DNA of 64,000 nt. Source: Chloroflexota bacterium (GTDB taxonomy: Bacteria > Chloroflexota > UBA6077 > CF-72). Below, piece by piece: positions 1 to 8,548 of this stretch. The translations under genes were made by a program, and so were the position numbers. The notes under the pieces are model-generated. The model saw only the letters and a program-made list of their open reading frames with translations, had not been told where the DNA came from and did no database searches. Location of the stretch: the NCBI GenBank assembly GCA_016191465.1, contig JACPOP010000020.1, positions 11,888 through 75,887 of the forward strand. Reading direction: 5' to 3'. Within the stretch, counting starts at the first letter, position 1. Each line of letters opens with the position of its first letter.

Positions 1-136
1 GAATCGAGCGAGGTTCCCATCGCATTGTCTCCCTGGGCCGTGTGGCGCATTCTGCCGTGGCCCTCAATGGTGGCACTCCGGACTGGGTGTCGGAATGTGC
101 TGAGTGCCCAGGCGCCCTTCCGCTCGGACCCATGCG

Positions 137-166
137 CCAGGATCCTCACGCATGTGAGGATCCTGG
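137..166 (-). terminator. Perfect palindromic hairpin (13-bp stem, 4-nt loop) downstream of the cytochrome c gene; candidate intrinsic terminator
   Basis: Read directly: ccaggatcctcac-gcat-gtgaggatcctgg. It lies about 70 nt past the minus-strand stop at 237-239. There is no U-tract, so function is uncertain. Confidence 0.3.
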
Positions 167-184
167 CGTCAGCAGTCTCTCTAC

Positions 185-203
185 CCCGGCCTGGTAGGCC
201 GGG
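185..203 (-). terminator. Short GC hairpin (7-bp stem cccggcc/ggccggg, 5-nt loop) immediately after the cytochrome c stop
   Basis: Read directly. It is about 35 nt downstream of the stop on the minus strand. Confidence 0.25.
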
Positions 204-236
204 TGCCGCACGAAGTCGAGAGCCTTGCGCAGCAGG

Positions 237-1151
237 TTAGCGGTTCGTGTCGGGCCGGGGGTCCGGAGAGGTGAAGCTCGCCCGGTTGGGCATCTGCACG
301 CGGGGCAAGGTTTGCGCGTCCATGCGGTCGTTCTCGCCGATGAGGCCGTTTGCCGAGAGCAGGAACGCGGTGAGCTGATACACCTCCTGGTCTGACAGCG
401 AGCCCGGGGCGTTGAAGGGCATGGCGCGTCGGATGTAGTCGTACAGCGTGGGGGCGTACGGCCAGTAGTTGCCCACCGTGGCCGTCACGGTGCCGGCGCG
501 GAATGGCGTTGCGTCGACGAGCTTCGGGCCGGCGGCGGTACCTTCCCCGTTGGCGGCGTGGCAGGCCGCGCACTTGGCGGTGTAGACGGCGCGGCCCTCC
601 GTCGCGGTGCCGCCGCCCTGGGGCAGGCCCGCGCCGTCGCTGCCACGAATCTCGATGTCGATGCCCCGAACGCGGTCCTGGGTGGCGGGCCGTCCGAAGC
701 CGAACGTCCCGGCCGCCGCTGGGCTGGGCGCCGGCGCCGGCGAGGCAAACGCCGCCGGGCTGGCCGCGGGTTTGGCAACCGGCGCAGCCGGGGCTGGGGC
801 CGCCGAGGGCACCGGCGGGCGAGCCTCCGGGGTTCCGGGCCCGGTGGCCGTGTTGGCCGCCGTGCCAGGCGATGCCGCGGGAGAGGCCGCAACCGGCGAG
901 GCGGCCGGTGGAGGTGCAGATCGCGTGGCACTGGCGGCTGGCGAGCCTGCCCCTGCCGCACCCGGGGTTGCCGCGCCCCGGCCTGGATCGTTTGGCACAC
1001 ACGCGGCGGACCACAACGCCAGCGCAAGCGCAGCCAACGCCAGGCCTGCCGGCCGCAGCACCGTGCGAGCGCCCGACGCTGGGATCACGTCCACGATGGT
1101 GCGCCCTTCGCGCTTCACGGTTGCGTTGCCATGCCGAGCGGCGCGAAGCAT
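237..1151 (-). CDS. sorB: Lipoprotein-type c-type cytochrome, SorB-like partner of the sulfite dehydrogenase
   Basis: C-terminal haem motif CAACH in a cytochrome c-like domain (GRAVYTAKCAACHAANGEG...NYWPYAPTLYDYIRRAMP). Lipobox-like LALALWSAAC is followed by a roughly 100-aa Ala/Pro linker. The start is trimmed to the ATG at 1151 because the longer ORF overlaps sorA. The gene is co-oriented with and directly downstream of sorA. Confidence 0.75.
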   Translation of the reverse strand: MLRAARHGNATVKREGRTIVDVIPASGARTVLRPAGLALAALALALWSAACVPNDPGRGAATPGAAGAGSPAASATRSAPPPAASPVAASPAASPGTAANTATGPGTPEARPPVPSAAPAPAAPVAKPAASPAAFASPAPAPSPAAAGTFGFGRPATQDRVRGIDIEIRGSDGAGLPQGGGTATEGRAVYTAKCAACHAANGEGTAAGPKLVDATPFRAGTVTATVGNYWPYAPTLYDYIRRAMPFNAPGSLSDQEVYQLTAFLLSANGLIGENDRMDAQTLPRVQMPNRASFTSPDPRPDTNR

Positions 1152-1239
1152 CCGCTGCGCTGGATCGCCGTTGTCCTGCCGTGGCGGACCACTCGGGACG
1201 TGGCGGCTCACACGCCCGGCGCTGGCGCCGCTCACCGGG

Positions 1240-2487
1240 CTACGCGGCATAAAAGTTCGTGATCCTGCCACTGTCCGCGGCCACCTTCCAGCTCTGGATG
1301 CCGTTGTAGTGATAGATGGAGTTCGTCCCGCGCACGGCGACGAGCTCCTCACGCGAGGGCTGGACGAACCCACCCTCGTCGGTGGCGCGGCTCTGCAAGA
1401 TCACGTCCTCTCCATTCCAGGTCCAGGGGAAGCGGAAGCGGGTGTGCGCAATCGGCAGGACGGGGTCGTCGAGCTTCGCCGCGGCCCAGGTCCGGCCGCC
1501 GTCGGTGCTCACTTCCACCTTCGTGATGCGCCCCATGCCCGACCAGGCAATGCCACGGATCTCCCACGGGCCGCGCGCCGGCATGGCGCCGATGGACGGC
1601 GTTGGCCAGGTAATCGTGGATTTCGCCTCCATGGCGTAGGTGAATTGCCGTTCCGTGCCATCCGGCATGGGATCGGTGTACTTGGAGGTCTCCTCGCGGG
1701 TCTGGAACGGCTGGTCGCCCAGCTCCAGGCGGCGCAGCCACTTGACGTTGATGTTCCCCTCCCAGCCCGGCAGAAGCAGCCGGGCAGGATAGCCCTGCTC
1801 TGGCCGCAGGGCCTCGCCGTTCTGCCCGTAGCCAATGAGGGCATCGCCCTGGAGCTTCTCGATGGGGACGCTGCGGGTCATCACCGCGGCATCCATGCCT
1901 TCCGCCAGCGCCCAGCGGGCACCCGGCAGAACGCCCACTTCCTTGAGCAACGTCGAGACCGGCACCCCGGTCCAATCGCTGGTGCTGGTGAGGCCGTGGA
2001 GCGTCTGGGCAGTGGAGTTGTCCGGGCCTTTGCCCCAGGAGGTATTTCCCGAGCACTCCAGGAACATGATCCGGCTCACGCCGGGGAAGCGTTTGAGGTC
2101 GTCCAGGGTGAACACGGTGGGCCGCTCCACCAGGCCGTGGATCAGCAGGCTGTATCGCGCCGGGTCGATGACCGGCACGCCCCCGTGGTGGCGTTCGTAG
2201 TGGACGTCAGACGGGGTGATGATCCCGTTCAATGCATCGAGTGGGGTCCGCGAGGAGCTGCTGCCGTTCGAGATCCGCCGCGGCTGCTCAAACGGGGAGC
2301 GGTCGCCCAGCTCGTTCGGCGGCCGCCCCTGGACCTTGGTGGGGTCATCGGGCACCTGCACCGGCGGCGAAGCCTGCTGCGCCCCCGGCTGGCTCTGGGC
2401 CGATGCCATCTGGGCGAGCGAGAGCGACCCCGCCGCCAGACCGGCACCGGCGATCAACGCGCGCCTGGTGACACTGGTCGTACCCAT
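1240..2487 (-). CDS. sorA: Sulfite dehydrogenase/oxidase molybdopterin subunit (SUOX family), Tat-exported
   Basis: Twin-arginine signal TSVTRRALIAGAGLAAG. SUOX Mo-domain motif FLECSGN and a dimerisation-domain-like C-terminus. AGGAGG sits 8 nt upstream of the ATG at 2487. Confidence 0.85.
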   Translation of the reverse strand: MGTTSVTRRALIAGAGLAAGSLSLAQMASAQSQPGAQQASPPVQVPDDPTKVQGRPPNELGDRSPFEQPRRISNGSSSSRTPLDALNGIITPSDVHYERHHGGVPVIDPARYSLLIHGLVERPTVFTLDDLKRFPGVSRIMFLECSGNTSWGKGPDNSTAQTLHGLTSTSDWTGVPVSTLLKEVGVLPGARWALAEGMDAAVMTRSVPIEKLQGDALIGYGQNGEALRPEQGYPARLLLPGWEGNINVKWLRRLELGDQPFQTREETSKYTDPMPDGTERQFTYAMEAKSTITWPTPSIGAMPARGPWEIRGIAWSGMGRITKVEVSTDGGRTWAAAKLDDPVLPIAHTRFRFPWTWNGEDVILQSRATDEGGFVQPSREELVAVRGTNSIYHYNGIQSWKVAADSGRITNFYAA

Positions 2488-2648
2488 GTAATTGACCTCC
2501 TGAACCATGCGCCGGTGCGCCCATACGCACCGCGACTGCTCCGCTGCACCGTCAGCAGCCCGTCGGATCGAGCGTACCACTCCGTGCGCTCCGGGGCGCT
2601 CCGGACGAGCTCGGCTCAGTCCGGAGGTACTGGGTTACCCTTGAACCT

Positions 2649-3056
2649 ATGGCACACACGGTCCCCGACAAGTTCCTCGATCTTCTCCAGCCCGAGACGA
2701 AGGCGTTCGCCCAGCTCGCCCTGGTGCTGGCTGACGGCACCCCGCAGGTGACGCCGATCTGGTTCGGCTACGACACGAAGACTGGTTTGTTCACCTTCAA
2801 CACCGCCCGCGGACGGCTTAAGGACCGGGTGATGGCACGCCACCCCGTCGTCGCGTTTGCGATCTCCGACCCACAGAACCCTTACCGCTACCTTCAGGTC
2901 CGCGGCCCGGTGGTCGAGGAGACGGAGGAGCGCGGCTACGAGCAGATCTGTGACCTGAACGAGAAGTACCAGGGGAACCGTAACTACACGAAGAACCCGG
3001 GCGAGGTGCGCGTGACCTATCGGGTCCAGCCGGAACGCTTCCAGACGATGGGCTGA
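2649..3056 (+). CDS. Pyridoxamine 5'-phosphate oxidase-family (PPOX-class, possibly F420/FMN-dependent) small oxidoreductase
   Basis: Typical PPOX split-barrel pattern: LALVLADGTPQVTPIWFGYD...FTFNTARGRLKDRVMARHPVVAFAISDP...YLQVRG. Confidence 0.8.
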   Translation: MAHTVPDKFLDLLQPETKAFAQLALVLADGTPQVTPIWFGYDTKTGLFTFNTARGRLKDRVMARHPVVAFAISDPQNPYRYLQVRGPVVEETEERGYEQICDLNEKYQGNRNYTKNPGEVRVTYRVQPERFQTMG

Positions 3057-3238
3057 GCCTGACGACCCCGACGGCCACGTATGCGACATGGCCTGGAACC
3101 CGCTGATGGAGATCGAGGAATAGGGTGCGAGGTCGCCGGGCGTGTGCGCTACGAGTCGGGCATCCGTTCGCTGGCGCCGTGCGTATACACCTGGGGCTCC
3201 CGCGCCACCTTGTAGAGCGTCTGGATGGACTGATTTCC

Positions 3239-3859
3239 GTGCCACGTGCCTCTCTCGTTACCGCCACCGCCGGTGTAATCGCGCTTCTTATCGGAGCCGC
3301 CGCCTGTCAGACAGCCGCTCCCCAACCGCCCGCTGCCACGGCCGCGGCCCCAATCTCCCTCTCCGGCACCGTGGACAGGATCGTGGGTCGCGTGGCAACT
3401 ATCACCACCACCGCTGCTGGAACGCAGGAGGTGACACTTCCGGAGGGCGTGACCCTGGAGCAGGAGGGTAAGGGCACCGTGGCGGACCTGAAGCCTGGGC
3501 TTTCTGTCGGAGTGACCGGCAAGCCGGATGGCACCGCCATCTCAATCCGCATCTTTCAGGCAAGCACTACGGTGCGTCCGGGCCAGTTACCCATGGCCGG
3601 TGCCCAGGCCGGCAACACCATGACGAATGCCGTGATCCAGTCGTTTGACGGCGACACTCTCACGGTGCAACTGGGTGAACAGCGCGTCCCGCTGAAGCTG
3701 CCAGCCGGCACCGAGGTGCTCAAGCCCGTCAGTGCCGCCCTGAGCGACCTCAGCGCCGGCAAGCGAGTGAACGTCACGGCCGTTCCGACGGGCCCAAACG
3801 GCGCTCTGATCGCGACCAGCGTCTACGTACCGGGCGCCCCGCCTCCAATCGCCCGGTAA
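3239..3859 (+). CDS. Secreted lipoprotein with two DUF5666-like beta-barrel repeats
   Basis: GTG at 3239 gives signal/lipobox (M)PRASLVTATAGVIALLIGAAAC. There are two similar segments (GTVDRIVG...VTLPEGV...DLKPGLSVGVTG and DGDTLTVQLGE...KLPAGTEV...DLSAGKRVNVT). The start is inferred. Confidence 0.6.
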   Translation: MPRASLVTATAGVIALLIGAAACQTAAPQPPAATAAAPISLSGTVDRIVGRVATITTTAAGTQEVTLPEGVTLEQEGKGTVADLKPGLSVGVTGKPDGTAISIRIFQASTTVRPGQLPMAGAQAGNTMTNAVIQSFDGDTLTVQLGEQRVPLKLPAGTEVLKPVSAALSDLSAGKRVNVTAVPTGPNGALIATSVYVPGAPPPIAR

Positions 3860-4099
3860 TCCAGGTGCGCTTCGAACACCCTGGCACCGTCACCAGGCGG
3901 TTCGAGGAGGCAGTCGGTCTTTCTTTTCGGCATCGCGTGTCGACGGAGTCCGAGCCTGGCGTGGAAGGCCCCTAACACCGGCTTAACACACTACTATGGG
4001 CTTCCGGTGCAGGCGTGGGTACGCTCTGCGTACGCACACGTTTTCCTCGACACCTTCTATGCACCCCCAGGACCCGGATCGGCCGTGAGCGCTCAGCGC

Positions 4100-4631
4100 A
4101 TGCCCCGCAGCCTGGTGGCGCTCAGCGCGGCCGCCATCAGCGCCGTGTACGCGGCTGGCTACGTGCAGACGCGCACCGCGGATGCGCAATTGGGCGCGAG
4201 TGGCCCCCTGCTGTCCACGACCAGCCGCGCCGCCGCGGCTCCGGCAGCCACCCCGATCCCCACTCCGCTCGTGCTGCAACGCGGCGACGACGGCCGGCCG
4301 GCCAATCCGTTCGACGGACGGGGGTCCGGGCAGGAGCGGCGCGGGCGCGCCGCCCCCCCCCCCCCCCCCCCCCAATGTGGGCCCGGCCCCCCGGCGCCCG
4401 GCGCACCCCCGCCAAAGCCACCTGTGGGTGGCCGTGACCGTGCAGGGCGGACGGATCGCCTCGGTCGAGATCACACGGTCCACGCTCCAGTACCCGGTGC
4501 GCGTGATCGAGGGTCTCCCGGGCCAGGTGACTGCGCGCCAGGGCCCGCAGGTGGATGCCATCAGCGGCGCCACCTACAGCGTGCAGGCGTTCCGTACCGC
4601 CGTCCAGCAGGCGCTGTCGCAGGCGGCCTGA
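4100..4631 (+). pseudogene. FMN_bind-domain membrane/secreted protein, apparently frameshifted at or near a C21 homopolymer
   Basis: The N-terminal anchor MPRSLVALSAAAISAVYAAGYVQTRTAD plus an Ala/Pro/Thr linker is in the frame of ATG 4100. The FMN_bind C-terminus (WVAVTVQGGRIASVEI...QVDAISGATYSVQAFRTAVQQAL) is in the frame ending at 4631. The frames change across the poly-C run at 4353-4373. Confidence 0.55.
4353..4373. repeat. Homopolymeric tract of 21 consecutive C residues
   Basis: Counted directly from the sequence (8+10+3 C). Confidence 0.95.
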
Positions 4632-4699
4632 GCACTTTGTGCTTAATCTTCAGAACGGCTAAGCAAGTGCATGCAGTTCCGTAGAAACATGCCAAACGT

Positions 4700-5590
4700 G
4701 TGCTCACGTGTTTAGCCATGGCTAGCGTGCTGCTCTCGAATGACCCTGCCGGGACAGCTCGCAGGAACGACCCGCCCCCACGGGCCTCGCTTGCGCGGCT
4801 GCTGGAGACGCCTAAAGCCCAACTGCTGGTCGTCTTTGCCCTGCTGGCAGCCGTGGCCCTGCCGAATGAAGGGATCGTGCCGGCGGGAAGCCGCCTCATG
4901 CTCGCGGCACTTGCGGCCGTCGCGGTGGACCTGCCGTTCGTACTGCGGGCGGCACGGGGCTGGCGCTTTCCCACCAGCGCCCTGCTGAGCGGCGTCATCG
5001 TCGGCATGGTGCTGGATACGAACACCCCATTCGTGGTGGTGGCGGGCGCTTCAGCCCTGGCGATCCTCAGCAAGCGCCTGCTCCGCACCCCCCGCGAGCA
5101 CGTCTTCAACCCGGCAGCGCTGGCCCTCCTGCTCGCGGCGCTGGCATTCGGATCGGGCGAAAGCTGGTGGGGAGCACTCGGAAACCTGCCCACGCCCTTC
5201 GCGGTGGTGCTGGTCGTGCTCGGGTCCGTTCTCGTGGACCGTATGAACAAGTTCCCGCTGGTGTTGAGCTTCGGGGCGGTGTATTTCGCGCTGCTGACCG
5301 CCCTCGCGTTCGTCAACCCCGGACTGGTGGCGGAGCAATTTCGCGATCCGTTCGTGCAGGCGGCACTCTTCTTCGCGCTGTTCATGCTCACCGACCCGCC
5401 AACGTCTCCGAACCGCTACCTCGAGCAGGTGGTCTACGGCTCGCTCGCGGCCACCACCGCAGGCGCGGCCCAGGTGTTTGGCGCCGGCCAGGTGTACTTG
5501 CTGATCGGTGTCCTGGCCGCCAATGCGTGGCTCGCGGTCCACCGTTGGGCGAACCGCCGCTGGGTGCAAACAGGCGCGCTCGCTACCTGA
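4700..5590 (+). CDS. RnfD/NqrB-family polytopic membrane protein
   Basis: Multiple TM helices and the family-typical FALFMLTDPPTSP motif. The GTG at 4700 is the longest start; the ATG at 4718 (MASVLL...) is an equally plausible start. Confidence 0.75.
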   Translation: MLTCLAMASVLLSNDPAGTARRNDPPPRASLARLLETPKAQLLVVFALLAAVALPNEGIVPAGSRLMLAALAAVAVDLPFVLRAARGWRFPTSALLSGVIVGMVLDTNTPFVVVAGASALAILSKRLLRTPREHVFNPAALALLLAALAFGSGESWWGALGNLPTPFAVVLVVLGSVLVDRMNKFPLVLSFGAVYFALLTALAFVNPGLVAEQFRDPFVQAALFFALFMLTDPPTSPNRYLEQVVYGSLAATTAGAAQVFGAGQVYLLIGVLAANAWLAVHRWANRRWVQTGALAT

Positions 5591-5726
5591 CCGCAAACCT
5601 GGCTCCGCTGGCGCTGAAGCAGGGCTCCCAGTCGGGAGGTCGCGGTCCTCACCCGCGCCACCTCGGACGATGGTACCGGGGCGGCGCCGCGTGCTCCGGC
5701 GATCCGCGCCCGAGCGCCGCTCTGCC

Positions 5727-6998
5727 TTACCCGACGATGCTGACAGTGCCCGTGGCCCCATCCACCCGCACGATCATGCCGGTTCGTAGCCGCCGCGTGG
5801 CTCCTGGCACGCTCACCACCAGGGGAATGCCCCGTTCACGGGCAATGACCGAGCCGTGGCTGCAGGTGCCTCCCGCCTCCGTCACAATGGCCGCGCCCCT
5901 GAACCTCGGCGCAAGCTGGGGGGCAAAGTACCGCACGGCGATCACGTCGCCCGGCCCAGCCCGCACGAGGTCCGGGACGTCTCGGACCACCACGACCCGC
6001 CCGGTGGCCAGCCCAGGCGAGGCGGGGACACCTTGGAGGTCGCCCTCGCCGTTGCCCTCCACGACGGGTGCGGGTGGAGGTGATGGCCGCCACTGCAAAG
6101 CCCACGCGGTTCCGTCGGCGAGAGCCCACTCCAGCTCCACGGGCGTGCCCTCCGCCTTCGACACCTGAAACGCGAGGCCTGCCACGGCGCAAACGGCCGC
6201 TGGAGCCAGACACGGGGCGGCGGCCACCGCCTCGGAAGCTCCCTGCCAGACGGTGTTCCCTGACACGGCCTCGGCGCGCATCGCCTTGATACCCAGCCGC
6301 GTGGAGATCAGGCTTCCTTCCCGCGTGACGCGGAAAGCGTCGGGGTCGACCATCCCGGAGGTGAGCCCGACACCCAGCCCCCAGACAGCCTCTACGTCCG
6401 CGACCGCGGTATTGGCTCGACACGCGCCAGCCGCCTCGGCGGAGACGAGCCATTGCACGAGCACGGCCATCCGCGGCGCCACGGACAGGTCGCGCTGCAG
6501 CGCCGCCCGATAGCGCAGGACGCCCGGCGCCCACAGCGACGCCCAACCAGCACGCAGCGCCGTGCTGACCTCGTCCAGCGTGGCGACTCCCAGGTAGGTT
6601 TCGAACTGACCGGCGAATGACGCGCCGCGGGTGGCCTCCACGGTGGCGGACGAGCGGACTGCCAGCCGGCCGCTGGCCGGCAGCGTCTCCACCACGACCC
6701 GCAGCGCGTCTTCGAGCGCCTCTGGCAACGCGGCTGCCTGCACGGCGGTCCGCAGGTGGCGCGCCGCGGCCTCCGCCGCGCGCCGGTCGCCGGCACGGAG
6801 GTGCTGCTCCACGGCTTGCGCAATCGGCGCCAGGCCGAGCGCCTGAACGTGCGCGTCAAGCTGCTCCGTGGGTACCACCCAGGCCCGGGGCACCGGGAGC
6901 CCAAGCTCCACCAGCCGCGCCAGCGACGCTGCCTTGCCCCCAACCTGCTCGCGCGTCAGCCCGCCCCGCAGCCCCAGGAGGATCGGCGAGCCGTCCAT
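5727..6998 (-). CDS. PEP-utilising-enzyme family protein (PPDK_N ATP-grasp domain plus swivel phosphohistidine domain, no PEP/pyruvate TIM-barrel domain)
   Basis: GGKAASLARLVELGLPVPRAW, AVRSSATVE...SFAGQFETYLGV, MAVLVQ, then C-terminal GVPASPGLATGRVVVV...AIVTEAGGTCSHGSVIARERGIPLVV. The start is trimmed to the ATG at 6998, 30 nt after the upstream gene. Confidence 0.8.
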   Translation of the reverse strand: MDGSPILLGLRGGLTREQVGGKAASLARLVELGLPVPRAWVVPTEQLDAHVQALGLAPIAQAVEQHLRAGDRRAAEAAARHLRTAVQAAALPEALEDALRVVVETLPASGRLAVRSSATVEATRGASFAGQFETYLGVATLDEVSTALRAGWASLWAPGVLRYRAALQRDLSVAPRMAVLVQWLVSAEAAGACRANTAVADVEAVWGLGVGLTSGMVDPDAFRVTREGSLISTRLGIKAMRAEAVSGNTVWQGASEAVAAAPCLAPAAVCAVAGLAFQVSKAEGTPVELEWALADGTAWALQWRPSPPPAPVVEGNGEGDLQGVPASPGLATGRVVVVRDVPDLVRAGPGDVIAVRYFAPQLAPRFRGAAIVTEAGGTCSHGSVIARERGIPLVVSVPGATRRLRTGMIVRVDGATGTVSIVG

Positions 6999-7027
6999 GC
7001 CGGAACCAGGGACGGCAGCCGGCCGAT

Positions 7028-8263
7028 TCAATCCACCACGGTGATCTCGTCGATCGGGAACAGGGTGGTGACCTCGGTGCCCTTGGGGGTCACGAGCAGC
7101 ATCTGCTCCAGGCGTACGCCCCACTGGAGCATTTTGCCGTGCTGCGTTTCCAGGGCGAAGCTCATGCCTTCCTGGATCTCGATCGGGTGATCCAGCGAGT
7201 AGATGCGGCTTACCACCGGCATGTCGTACTGCGCCAACCCGAGCCCGTGGCCCCACAGGTTCGCGGCCGCCTGATCCTCCTCTTCGTAGCCCCACACTTC
7301 TTTGGCAGACGGCCACTTGCTGGCGATGTCGCGGGTGGTGGCACCAACCTTCACCGCGTCAATGCTGTCGTTGAGCCACTCCAGCGCCTGGGCGTATACG
7401 TCCTTCTGCTCCTGGCTCGGCTTGCCGCCCACGCAGTAGGTGCGGTACATGCACGACTTGTAGCCGTTCCACGTGATCGCCGCCATATCCATGAACAGGA
7501 TGTCGCCAGGACGAATGATGCGGTCCGAGAACGTGCGCCAGTTGGGCCACGTGTTTGGACCGGAAGAGACGATCACATCCTCCACGTCCTCCATCCCCGG
7601 GAAGGCGTACAGGAAGCCCATGATGTGCGCAGTCACCTGGTTCTCGGTCATGCCTGGCCGCACGAAATGGGTCAGCTCCGTGTGGGCAGCATCACAGATC
7701 GCCGCCACCACGCGCATGGCCTCTTGCTCGTCCTTGTTCTTGATGGCGCGCGCCTCCATCAAGGGCGTCATGCCGTCCACCCAGTTGACGTTCTGTTCCT
7801 TGAACTCCGCCAGCATGTTCACGTCGACGAAGTCCGCGCCAAGCGGCATGTCGGCCACGCCGTGCTTGCGCATCTGCTCCTTGACGGCAGCGGTAAATTT
7901 CTTGACCTGCTGCCGCGAAGCGGGGCCCGCCGCGCCCTTGACCCAGGCGTAGGAGTAGTGGATGTTCTCCGGCGGGATCCACGGGCAGTGCCGCTCGATC
8001 TGGTAGCCGATGTCCCCTTGCTCGAACAGGATCGGCGCGCTGTCTCCGGCGAGCATGGCATAGCGCAGGCCTGGCTTCAGCCGGCACCAGCCGGGCGTCA
8101 GCGTGGACGTGATGTAGCGGATGTTCTCGTCGTACATGCACAGCACCGCGCCCAGGCCCGCGGCCTTCATGCGTTCGCGGGCGCGCTCGATGCGGTACTG
8201 CCGCAGCCGCGACCAGTCGATCCGCTCCTGCCAGTCTGTACCCACCGTGCCAAAGCTCACCAT
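7028..8263 (-). CDS. M24-family (creatinase/prolidase fold) hydrolase
   Basis: Creatinase-like N-domain plus pita-bread domain: GDILFMDMAAITWNGYKSCMYRTY, HGLGL, ALETQ, RLEQM. Confidence 0.85.
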   Translation of the reverse strand: MVSFGTVGTDWQERIDWSRLRQYRIERARERMKAAGLGAVLCMYDENIRYITSTLTPGWCRLKPGLRYAMLAGDSAPILFEQGDIGYQIERHCPWIPPENIHYSYAWVKGAAGPASRQQVKKFTAAVKEQMRKHGVADMPLGADFVDVNMLAEFKEQNVNWVDGMTPLMEARAIKNKDEQEAMRVVAAICDAAHTELTHFVRPGMTENQVTAHIMGFLYAFPGMEDVEDVIVSSGPNTWPNWRTFSDRIIRPGDILFMDMAAITWNGYKSCMYRTYCVGGKPSQEQKDVYAQALEWLNDSIDAVKVGATTRDIASKWPSAKEVWGYEEEDQAAANLWGHGLGLAQYDMPVVSRIYSLDHPIEIQEGMSFALETQHGKMLQWGVRLEQMLLVTPKGTEVTTLFPIDEITVVD

Positions 8264-8548
8264 CTGGCCTCCCCGATCCGTTCCGATCTCCCCTCAAGTC
8301 TAGGCACCTTTCGCCCGCACGCTTGCTGTGCTGACGCACGTACTTGAAGCCCTGCTTGTGGGCATCCGCACATGTAACCCCGTCGTGCGCAGCGGGCACA
8401 ATCGGCTCGAGATGCTCAGCCGGTGCGTGCACGTGGCCCCATTCTTTGGAGCAGCGCGCGGTGCTGGGCCTGCCACACTCTGGTGGTGACAGGACGTTAG
8501 ACCGCCGCGGCAGCCATGCCGCGTGGCGTCAGAGACGAGGGGACGAAG

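Noticed and set aside
1-236. Left edge of the window, including the 71-aa ORF at 25-240
   Set aside because: No family motif is present and the composition is unconvincing. The region more likely holds the terminator hairpins of the sorAB operon. No gene is called.
607-2751. 714-aa ORF on the plus strand spanning the sorB/sorA region
   Set aside because: It is antisense to two genes with clear family motifs. Its translation is Arg/Pro/Gly/Ala-rich low-complexity sequence, typical of high-GC shadow frames.
4007-4684. 225-aa ORF reading straight through the poly-C tract as a poly-Pro protein
   Set aside because: Downstream of the tract this frame has no FMN_bind similarity and is Arg/Gly-rich, whereas the alternative frame carries the domain. 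It is interpreted as a frameshifted gene instead.
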